A stretch of DNA of 48,906 nucleotides, filler included, from Sphacelaria rigidula (taxonomy: Eukaryota): assembly GCA_964200075.2 (NCBI GenBank). It is 3 parts of 3 records of this genome, joined end to end, with 100 filler letters (N's around TTAATTAATTAA, not from the genome) between each part and the next. Parts side by side here need not be neighbours in the genome. Positions count along the whole stretch, not along the records: positions 1 to 16,237 come from CAXNAA020001432.1; 2 more parts are not named here. One strand, 5' to 3'. Below are positions 1 to 10,743 of the stretch, piece by piece. The translations under genes were made by a program, and so were the position numbers. Position 1 is the stretch's first letter; every line of letters starts with the position of its first letter. The notes beneath the pieces were generated by a model. It had not been told where the DNA came from, searched no databases, and saw nothing but the letters and a program-made list of their open reading frames with translations.

Positions 1-330
1 TGAGAGAATATATTGTACTGTACCCCACATATCTAGGGGCACGGTTGGTCGCCAGGGGAAGGGTTGCTCTTTCTGAAGTTGCGGCAGATGCCGAGGCTGG
101 GCCGTTTCTTAAGTTTGTCTATAATTTGAGGCTCTTACTGACACGTTTCTTACTAGCGGGCCGGCACTGTATGCGAGTTTTGCACTAGAAAAGTATGAAA
201 CATGAAACAAATATTTCGGGCTGTGGCTGTTGAATGCTTATTTTTTTTTGCGTTCGGTGACTACGTGAACAACAGCACAAACGAATGCGTCTGTGACGGC
301 ACGCTGCTTCATTTCATTGGGCCAGCGAGA

Positions 331-1111
331 AACAACGTGTCCGTGAGATTGAGAGTAGAACGCTGATTGAGAGTGGCTTTGGTCATTCGCCTTAGCTAAG
401 CCATTTTTTCATTCCGTTTGTGCTTCTCTTCGCCTCCATCACTGGCATGTGCTTACAGCTACACGTCGATATCCTTCTCAGGGATATCAAGGGTCTGTGA
501 CGATTTATAGGCAACCAATTAGACTACCGTATAGTCAGCGTGGCTGACTGTACGGTAGTCTAATCGGTTGCCTATAAATCGTCACAAAAGTTCGTCGCTT
601 GTTCGATTCCCGTCGGACGCACTTTCTTGAAAAAAGAGGAAAACTCTACCTCCGGTAAAAAAGAGGGTGATGGGGGAGAGTCCAATCCCCGAGTTGTTGA
701 CTGCTAGGGACCTCAGTGCACACACTTTGGAAATGAGTGGGGGAGACGAGTAACTCCGAATGGATACGTGTGACAACATTAGACCGATACCGTGAAGAAC
801 GCGAACAGTTGAACAGCGCTGGCAAGGGTAGTCGCCCTCCTCAGAGTGAAAGTGACGGGGATCGAACCCCCACGACTAACTTTTTGTGACGATTTATAGG
901 CAACCGATTAGACCACCGTACAGTCAGCGCTGACTGTACGGTAGTCGAATCGGCTGCCTATAAATCGTCACAGGTCTCAGTGGCAAGCTACTGCAGAAAG
1001 CATATCGGGCCTCGTGGAAGGACATTTCGGGACTGAAACGATTCATTCACTAACTGACTTCTTGTGACTCTCAATTTTATCCTCTACTCTCAATCTCACG
1101 AAAACGTTGTT
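331..1111. mobile_element. Non-autonomous TIR element (MITE family A, copy 1), carrying a nested insertion
   Basis: ~29-bp TIRs aacaacgtgtccgtgagattgagagtaga (331-359) and tctactctcaatctcacgaaaacgttgtt (1083-1111), flanked by GAGA on both sides (327-330, 1112-1115). The body is homologous to 2504-2753. Confidence 0.8.
496..972. mobile_element. Nested element with palindromic (hairpin) termini, TGT...ACA ends and a GGTC duplication
   Basis: 496-586 and 885-972 are each near-perfect palindromes built from the same 44-bp arm. GGTC lies directly outside both ends. The element is absent from the sister MITE copy at 2504-2753. Confidence 0.85.
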
Positions 1112-1529
1112 GAGAGCCAGCAAACCAAATAAGCCACACACTGGAAGAAACCTTGTGGCCAGAATGAGAGTCTAGCGTCTGATTGAGATTGACTTTTTCA
1201 GCCCACTTTCACTTGAAGAATAAGCAAACATGATGCGCATTCCACAAACGGAGATTTTGGCGCCAAGTAGGTATCCGTTTGTGGAATCGGCATCATTTTC
1301 ACTTGAAAAGTTACTGCGTTATCCAGATTGCCAACCCTGGCGGTCGAAGGGTTGACGTTCTCAAGAGTTGGTCGTTGGATACATAATCCGAAAGCAGACG
1401 AACACCAACATGCCATTCTGTGGAATCGTAACAGGTTAATACCTTACTACATTTGCATTCAACACATTAACCGAAACAGTGTTTCTGACCTGCATGCCGT
1501 ACGTGCGACGCATACTATTATATAATGAG

Positions 1530-1871
1530 GGGAATATTCCAAGGGCAGGTCGGGTAGGGTATACACATCATTCGATATCTTTTAAAAGTCATACTCCTTG
1601 TACCGAAAAATTGGGTAGAATATTTGAGGTCATACTCAATCTACCTCAAATTTGGATAGAGTATTGGGGTCATACCCAAGTGATGCTCTATACCCAGGTA
1701 TTGCTAAGAGTGCTCACCCAATATTGGGTAGAGTTTTTGAAGTCGTATTCAACCTACCCAAAATTTGGGTCGAGTAATGAGGCCGTACCCAATCTACTCA
1801 AACGTTGGGTAGGGTAAATACCCGAGTATTTAAAAGTACATTCCCTACCCACCATCCCTCGGAATGTTCCC
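1530..1871. mobile_element. MITE-like element with ~30-bp imperfect TIRs and internal palindromic subrepeats
   Basis: Left end gggaatattccaagggcaggtcgggtaggg versus reverse complement of right end gggaacattccgagggatggtgggtaggg. About 5 internal copies of a TACCCAAAwTTTGGGTA-like motif. No clear TSD. Confidence 0.65.
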
Positions 1872-2503
1872 ACGGTTATGAATCAGGGCATCCCCTTTTG
1901 CATGTTGATTCGGGATATCCCAAGCACATTGGAATAGTAATCCCTGCGTACTGTCTCATATTTTCGTAAGTGGTGTTTTGAATGAGATAAAAAGGCTTCT
2001 AACAATTCCAGCCTAGAGAAATATTTGTGCACCCCTACCGTAGCATCCCTCCTGCTCAATATACAGCGGCGCAGAAATGAGAGGAATGTTCTCATGGCTG
2101 ATATCATTTTTCCCTTTTTTTCAATGTTAGTTCAACAAAACGTATCGTTTCTTATCAACACTCTTACGACTAACGACTCTAAATCTTGACGTTTTCCGCA
2201 ACGTTGTTCATATCAACCGTTCGACTGCTGGGGAAGGTGATCTCTCGAGTCGGCATCATTACACTCGACATCCAGACACGTCAGTGTTTCGTCCACTATC
2301 GGACCACGTAAAAACCTGATCGTATGAAAAGGCCACTTTCAATCAAATGCTGGAGTCTCAATTTGGCAACAAGGTCGTTCACAGCCGGACAATGTTCATC
2401 TTCCCTGGGACAGTATGTCAACAGCTACTTTTGATCCCAACACGGTATCCCTAAAAAAAAGGGCAGTCCTGACGTACAACATATACCGCGGGATTTGGCT
2501 ATG

Positions 2504-2753
2504 AGCAACATGCTCGTGAGATTGAGAGTGGCTTTGGTCATTCGCTCTAACTTGGTCATTCTCCCATTCCGTGTGTGCTTTTCTTTACCTCCATCAACTC
2601 GTAGCGTGTGTTTGCAGCTACATGTGAAGCTACTACAGGAAGCATATCGGGCCTCGTGGAGGGGCATTTCGGAACTGAAACGATTCTTTCATTAATTGAC
2701 CGCTCTTCACTCTCAATCGTGTCCTCTACTCTCAATCTCACGAAAACATTGTT
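2504..2753. mobile_element. MITE family A, copy 2 (no nested insertion)
   Basis: Colinear with 331-495 plus 973-1111 (e.g. gattgagagtggctttggtcattcgc; aagcatatcgggcctcgtgga; cctctactctcaatctcacgaaaac). Flanks are tatg/catg. Confidence 0.8.
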
Positions 2754-3772
2754 CATGGTCGTCTCGTCATTTCAGGCTGTTGAACTTGGTTCAAATGCAG
2801 TTGGAGTGACTATGACTTGTTCGGATTGTCGAATCTTTGTCGGGGTCGCCTATAGTAGACAGCCGCCGGTACGATCGCGCCATCATAGCCGGCTTGAGGT
2901 TCATGTGCAAATATCTGGAACTGGAGTGCATACCATCTGCCGGTACGGTCGGAGGGCCCACACTGCTGCCAGTATCTGAAATATGATACTCATGTGCACA
3001 CGCTGACAATCCATGCGCACAAACGGCGCACGAGCTGACTCATCACTGTACAGAGCAACAGTATCGTCAAGACAGCAACATAGGTGAAATGGAAAAAAAG
3101 CTGCACACAGTTCAAAATTTCACTCGGAAATATGCGCTCCAAACGTCGCCATCATGGGTACCTACAGTACAACCGTGTCGGAATTTCAGCATGCATCAAT
3201 ATGGTACAACAATTATTGGCGAAACTCCAACATTTTTGTCGACATTTACATCATCGCAACCAGGCCAGTTCCAGAGTTCTTGAGCACATCCAGCACAAAC
3301 CACACACCACACATGACCCACGTTGGCAGGTTGCTTGATGACTTCGTGTGGAGCCACACTCGCCAAACTTGCAATCCATTCGGTGGGAAAATTCGTCCGT
3401 GTGTACAAAGTATGCGTTCCACCTCGCAGCCAATGGCCGACAACGCAATACAGTAGCAGGTACCTCACAAACAAGGATGCTACCCCCGGGAACCAGTACC
3501 GCCAGCCAGGCCAGAAGCTACCGCATATACGCAAGATCACAACTTTTCAAGGTACAAACGTTCATAACGTTGATATTCACCCTTTCCCCTCCAAAAGCAC
3601 CGTGGGCACCGGCTGTTCGTCAAGCTGAACTGGCAAAAGCCAGTCAAGACACTCCGTACCATCGTCACGTGACACGCCACCATTCACCAGAGCCAGTTTC
3701 CGCTCCACCCAACACCTTCCCCCCGAAGCTACAGACAAGAATACGAGACATTTTCCTAACGTGGTCTGTGCC

Positions 3773-5560
3773 TTAATCCTGTCGGCCCTTGAGCGTCTTG
3801 GACATGATTCCCTCCGGAGTGATAATGTGCACTACACCTCCCCACCCGCTCAGCGCATCGCGATCTACGGACGCCAAGAGACACTGCGCCATGGTCTCGA
3901 ACAGCTCGTCCTTGTTCTGTCGCAACAGTGACAAAAAAAGGGCACGGAAAAAAACGGAAACAATCGGCCGTAAGAGACAGTTCAAACCTCATCCTCCTGA
4001 ATTCATGCAATATGCTACTACACTGCGTGGGCTAGACACCATCTACAACGGTGTGGAGTTCGTACTCCAAAGTTCCAAACCACCTCATCTTTCACCCACA
4101 CGCGGCGACCAACCTGCAAACACGCGTTGGAGATCAGAGAAAAGGATCCTGGTCGATAGGCTGAACCATATTGGTACATTTTCTCGTGGTCCAAACTAAG
4201 TCTCACCATGTCTGGCCTGTACAAGCTCTCGCACATGCCATGCAAGTTCTCCGTGCACGTGCCCCCCACTACGAAGTCTTCGGTGAACACAGGCGCCCCG
4301 ATAAGGTCAAAGCCGGATATGAAGGGTTTGTTGTCAGCCTTTAAACCCGCCACGATTGGCTCCACGAAGTAGGGCCCAAACCTATCGATTTTGCGGCGGG
4401 AATATGTCGTTGAATAAGAGGCACAACAATCAAAATAACACAACAAAGGGTGCGAGGGGCGGGGGTGCAGCTGTTACAGCGAGGATGAAAAACTACGCCA
4501 CGCAGTTCGTGACGTCATCATTCTTGTGCTCTAAGGAGCGAGGAATCTAGCGCTGAAGGTAACCATTATATAGGTTGGAAGTAACCACAGCAGACCAAGG
4601 AGGGAAGAGTTCGACTCGCCTCTTCTGGTATAGAATGTGTGACACTAGGGCCGAGAAAGTCTCCGGCTTGATGTCTCGCTCCTCCCTTAAACGATAGAGG
4701 TTGAGTCGAAATGTCAGCAGCTCTTTCATCGTGATCACATCGGTCGCCAGCCCCGGCAATCCCACCTGCGCGCGGCGTGCAGACGGCGCGCAAACACCGT
4801 AAAGAGGAAAATCAAGGTGAGATCGTGCTTCGCGTACTGCCTGTACGAACTTTCTTCACGCACGGCAGGCTGTACCCGCTACAGTAATGTTGTACAACGC
4901 CCAACGAGTGGGTCGCGCGTAGGGGATCATACCTCACGTTGGATTTTGCGACATGCAGTGCTCGGTTGGCAACAGGCTGAACAACCGACAAGCAGGCGTG
5001 AGGTTGTGGGCCGCCGCTGCACTAAAAATCATTCGTCCTCCTGCTAGTTTGTAACTCACGCGGCGGCAATTTCAGGATAGCCACATCCGCGTCTTGCACA
5101 CCAACGTGGCGGGGTCTCTCCGGGCAAAGTACCCGCCACGAGGTGCACGTATTCCTGTACGGCCCATGTTGGCAAGGATCCTTGTGTGTTCACGTTGGCG
5201 GAGCGTACTTTACAACTCGCTTCGCTGACAGAGCGCAGCGCGTCAATTCAAGTCCCTAACGGATGGAGTTGTGCTGTGGCCCAAAAAATGTCAATGTATA
5301 TCTAGCCCTGTGTCCGACCACCCAGTAATCTAGGCCTTGGTTATCGAAATCCGAACTTTTCAAACAACGGTCAATACAACGTGAAACGAGACGGATAACA
5401 GATCCAGACGAACCATGAGTTTGTCGCCCATCTTGAAGATCTTTTCAAAGTTGGTCGCCACGGTTTGTGCCTGGTTTCCCAGCCGGCTATCCGAGCAGAT
5501 ACCCACGCAGTCCTTCCCCGTCATGGCCAGGATGGCCGCTCCGTTGTACTCCATGATCGA
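3773..5560 (-). CDS. PSMB3: 20S proteasome subunit beta type-3 (multi-exon; initiator ATG exon not located)
   Basis: Exons 5560-5414 ([28 protein letters not shown]...), 4765-4620 ([10 protein letters not shown]...YQKR), 4381-4207 ([12 protein letters not shown]...ESLYRPDM) and 3916-3773 ([27 protein letters not shown]...KGRQD*) splice in frame at AG acceptors to give 203 aa, or 204 aa with an upstream Met. Motifs [17 protein letters not shown] and the terminal R-x-D are typical of beta-3/Pup3. Intron 4382-4619 has a GC donor. Confidence 0.96.
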
Positions 5561-8500
5561 CTAGATAAAGAAGGTGAGGAAGGGTAGACACGGATGGAGA
5601 ATAGATGAACAAATGCCGTCAATTCCCCTTCCCATGCCATGTAACGAGACTTTTTCATTTATGCTGGATGGAAAAGTGGTCTAAATAGTTGCAAATAGTG
5701 TGAGACATGAGACGTGCAAGCATGGGCAGAAAACGATTGTGACGAAGCACCGGGTTGTGGGGAAAGAAGAAGGACTACCGCACTGTATAATGGGCTACGT
5801 ACCCCATACATAGAAGAGAAGTAGTAAGATATGGGGATCCCCAAAAGCATCCACGGCCATTTGGCCACTTTTGCAGCGTATTTTTTAGGCTAGTTTTCGC
5901 ACAATGGTACATTCATATTTGCTCCGAACAGCACACAGATCTGTACATATGTAAAAATAGGGACTTGGAGCAAGACAACTATTGATGAGTTTCAGATAGA
6001 ATGCGCACACCTTGGCCTTGAGACTTCGAGAACAAGCGTCCCACACTCGTAGCTGTTGTTGGGTCCGACAGCGCTGTTCGGTTTTCAAGCCTGTTGCTCT
6101 TCAAAAATTCTTACAACAGACTTGCGAACAATCTTCTGTGACCGGAGCTGCGCTGCGTTCTACTGCTTCTTCACCATTTCACAGGGACATATCGAGGTCA
6201 TCCTTTGAATCAGCATCAATTTCACCTGAAAAATGATTGCATGGCCAGATGACCTACCCTCGCCGCCGACGGGTGAAGAAAAACGATGCTATGCCTCCGT
6301 AGAAGACTATCTTGTGTGAACTACGACACTACTACCTACGATATCAGCTGCTGGATCTTTGCTCTGCGGGGGGAAAGAAGGCGGACGCTGCAGCTGCAGT
6401 GTTCATACCCTACAGAGAGTAGTGTCTCAGGAACGGTCTTCGGTTTTCAGGTTGCTCAGTAGCCCTGTTTTTCTTCCTCTCCAAGGCTGTCGGTCGCGTG
6501 ACTATTACAAATTTGATTGCGGATCTCAACATAAAAGTTCCCACACATGTTTTATTCCACGCCAAAACATAGTTCAATAGTTCGGTACACGACGCACTGA
6601 CGTTCCTACTCACACACACATGATCTTCTCGCACAAACGCCATGACGACGTAATTCACAAACTCCTCCCTCACGAGACTGCGATTTGAACTCAGGTTCGC
6701 GACACCACTCACCCAACCTCAATCCCGTATCGCGGGGGGGGTGGGGGTGGGGGGTAGGGATGATTCATGGGTGACTTAGCAACCTGTTCGCCGTAGACAT
6801 AATGTAGGGAGAATGACGGGCGATAAGGAGCTCTATTACGTTGCACCACAGTAAGTATACATCAAACGTACTCAGTATATAGCACGGTACTTCCGGTACA
6901 CGGGATTCCAGAGAACGTTTAGTACTCAATACCTCGGAGTAACTGAAGTACGGACTCTCCGGTATAAGGATATTCTGGATACATAAGTATCGACTGTCGG
7001 AGATACGGAGTACTCAATGGTACCTGGGGTACGGACTACCCAACACACTAGCTATTTCGGGGTTCTCTGCAGCATCCACCCTCGAATACTGGACAATAAC
7101 CTGTGCCGGATATCGTACAGTGGACGGACCGTAGATACATACACTGAGGGTGGTTGACGCCCTAGGTAACCATCTATTTTGTTCATGTTCTGGGAAATCA
7201 TTTACGCCGTATTGCAAAACAGGTTGCCCGTGCCAACTTGTGGGAAATAGTAAAACAAGGACCAAGGAACACCGGCACAGAAAAATAGCACGCCTTGAGC
7301 ATACTTGAGCGGGTACATGATGAAAGTCCAAAGACAGTCACTCCAAGATGAAGTGCGGAGCAGTTGCACTGACTTGCTGCGCTATGCCAAGAAGTCAATA
7401 CCTACCTATTTTTAGGGTTGCTAGACGACAAGATCTCTGAATTCGATTGTCGACGTAAGGGCGAATCTCTTCCCTTCTGAAAATCAACGCCGGGTGACAC
7501 GTTTTGACACTCTGGACAATACATTAATTACATATCCAAGAAGTGTACTGCGTACAGTATCGACTACCTTCCATACTGTGCGCAGTACCTTTTGACAACG
7601 GAATCTATCGTCGAGGGTGTGTACATTTTTCGCCTATATACGGCACCATACTGGTCTTCACCCGCGCTACTATTATGCATACCACCCTCGCCTTAGCAGG
7701 GGAACTTCCACCAGTGGATGGTGACGAGGGAAAAAGCTAGCTTCAACGCATGAGTTGTCCAGTTCCACGCGGGTAGAAAAGGGAGTACGCGGAGAGCAAC
7801 GGTGGTAGCCGAATGGGCATCGGGTTGTCCTCAGGCTGCGAATGTTTGTGTTGCCGACATAAAACTTGACCATCCGAAGCGCCAAAGGGCGCTATTGTTT
7901 TCCCGACCATCAATCACGTGCAGCTGTTACCCACGTCGTCACGCGGAGGAAAGCTCAACACTAATTACTGCCACGTATAGCGTTTCAATACTTGACTTCG
8001 TCGGGAGTTTTCACAGACAATTCATCTCCACTAGGAAGTTTGAGAGCTAGTAGGCATTGACAGAAGAAGCACAGAGTTGACTCCGCGACATGGAGTAAAA
8101 CCCAGTTTTCGGGGGGCGGAGGAAGGGGGGGGTAGCGGAATGACTACCTGAAAGTAGTAGAACCAAACCACAAATCTTGACCCTAACACGGTTTGGTTAA
8201 GCGGACATACTTACCAGGGAGAAGCTAGGGCTGTAAATTCGTAGTAATCCGGACCACCGGCTGGCCCGTGAATTATTTGATCGTAGAGAGGTTGTCCTCG
8301 TAATTGGTGTCAGATACTTTCATCTCTTGATCCCCAAAGTTTTGAGATCAAACTTCAACCGTTATGAGTCTTATTGGCAGAAAAAAACTGAAGAGTCTCT
8401 CCGACTAGAAAAAATAGTGCTTATATTCAGATGTTAACTACCATCCCATCATCTGCCCCTAAATGTCGCCACGGTCAATGACAGATGGAGCGGTGGAACC

Positions 8501-10743
8501 CAATCCGCTTCAAGGCTGGCTCCAACTTAAAGCCTTATACAGCGACTTCCTATCACGTAGACTGAGTTGGACTACGCCATATGTGGGGTTCGGAGCAGCT
8601 CTTATCTCGCTACACAAACCAACTTTATATTGAACATTTGAATGTCTGGCACCGATGTAAAAATTAGTCCTGGAGAACCCCTGATCAGTTTTGACCCTGC
8701 AGCCTACTGCGTGCAATGTCAGCACGTGTGCTGTATGTCTGTTCTGGATACAACAGAAGGAAACAGCAAGGGTGTCATCGCTCTTCACTGAACACAGTCT
8801 ACTGCATGCTGCTGATGTCTCTGGTTGGTGTTCAACAACAACAGTGCAGACAGTGTGAAGCTACGCTGGCAACACATGATGGGTCAGGCAGGCTGCACGG
8901 ACCACGATCAGAGTTAAGAGCACGTCATTTGTGCCCAGGTAATCTATGGTTGAATTGCAAAGACCAAGATGAGAAATACGGCTAGACAGGGAAGGAGTCC
9001 ACCTGTGGTTCACCTGCAGGCGAGCAAAGTGACCATTTCGACAGCCGTGATTGGTCAGAACTGTCATTCCGCGCCTCTCAGGCCTAGTCCCTGGCTTAGA
9101 ATCTTCCGCGGGAATATTCAAACACACATGGTTGATTTCGTGAGCTTTCCGACTGCTTTGCTGACAACCCGCCACCCCCCGCGCGTGTGCTCGCTGAAAA
9201 CCCCCGGATGTCTCCGGACTGTCAGCCTGTGAAACTGTTCCGAGGTGACGCTCGCTGCCTAATGATTCAAGCGCTTATTCCTTGCTTGCAATATAGCACA
9301 CTGAAGTGGGGCCCCAAACTGAAGTCGAGATCCAAAACCTCGCCCGGGGGTGGTATACACCGTAGCCTGCCGTACTCGGATAAAGGGGGTGTTGTGCCAC
9401 TTGTGAGAGGAACGTAATTTGCTCTACTGCATTATTTTGTATTGGGAGTATTGTTCAATGTCCGTGACATCCTATCGAGACTGCCCGCAGTCAGAAATGC
9501 TTCGCCGCCGGCAAAGAGGCAATCGGTCACCTGCCTCACCTGACACGGCGAAGCGCCGTATACAGGTGCAGTACTGCTGCTTCTGACTCCATCATGTACT
9601 CACCGACTGTCCGCACTATCGACAACAACGCTGCACTGTGTGTTTCGTGCATTTGCAGCGGTGCAATGACAGGGCTACAACCCTCCAGTGCAAATGGGTT
9701 GACTGGGCCAGGTGCATTGCAGCGGCGAGTTTTCGGTTTCAATGCTACTGCCTGTGTTCCCGGCAAAAATGCTCTGCAGCACAAAACAATGCATGTAATT
9801 CGTTCCAATGTTTCCCTATCGTAACGCAACGGGGCGTCACAGGAACACTGGCTCTACTGCTACTGCAAATGCTATGGAGATGTAGCACAGCGTGCGCACC
9901 ACTTTCTCTTTCTCTCGTGCAAAGGTGCTGTCTACATGAACACGATTCTGTCACAACTCTGTCTGCCCAGAGGAGCGCAGCTGACCTGAAGGGGTGGTAA
10001 GATTCTCAGCACCGAAAATCGTAGCCAGCCTGGAGTAGTCCGAAACACAGCAATCGGTATGTCATCGTACTCCAGCCATCGCTTTCCTCACAGACTGACG
10101 GACGATCACAGCGATGCTTACAGATAGCTCCTACTGTAGTAGACAACTATTACGCCACTCCACCACTGTACGTGTCGCCTGTACTGCACTACCGCAGTGT
10201 AGCTCACCATGATAGCGGTCCTCGTTAGCTCGCAGTGAGTTCAGTACGTCGAAGACTAGGACAGAGATTCCCAATGTCAATGCAACAGTCCTTTCTCACG
10301 ATCTGCCCTTGTCACAAAATCCTGTCGATCTCAGTTGCAAAGGCACGCCCCTTCCCTGTCCCCCTTCCGTACTTCTATTGACAAATTTCCCTGGCTGTAC
10401 GCGTTTCTATCGACACTGAAGCCAACCCTGTGGGATTCATTGCTCTCAAGAGATCGTGGCAGCCGCCGTCGGTAATAGACCATAATCTAAACTGTATATT
10501 TCATGAATTTGTCATTTTCTAAAGTTGACGAGAACAACGCGGCCTGGTAGTTGATATCCAAGAGCGATTACCCGTCAATCCACTGCTTCTGCGTATCCGC
10601 CGCGGAAATTCGTCGTTGGAATCAGATCCGTGCGTGAGCTCATCTTGTTGATTCGCTTCTACATACCCTGTGCGCGCGTAGAGCATTCAAGAACAAGCAA
10701 GATACAGCAACGGGTTGACCGTGTATCGCTGGATTTTTGCACC

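Noticed and set aside
496-972. CRISPR-like repeat-spacer or TRIM interpretation of the paired hairpins
   Set aside because: There are only two 90-bp units 300 bp apart in a eukaryotic context with no cas genes. There is no PBS or PPT, and the symmetry extends as an inverted repeat.
8207-8220. ATACTTACC resembling the U1 snRNA 5' end
   Set aside because: It continues AGGG rather than TGG and has no U1 stem-loops or Sm site. It is simply the complement of a donor-like motif.
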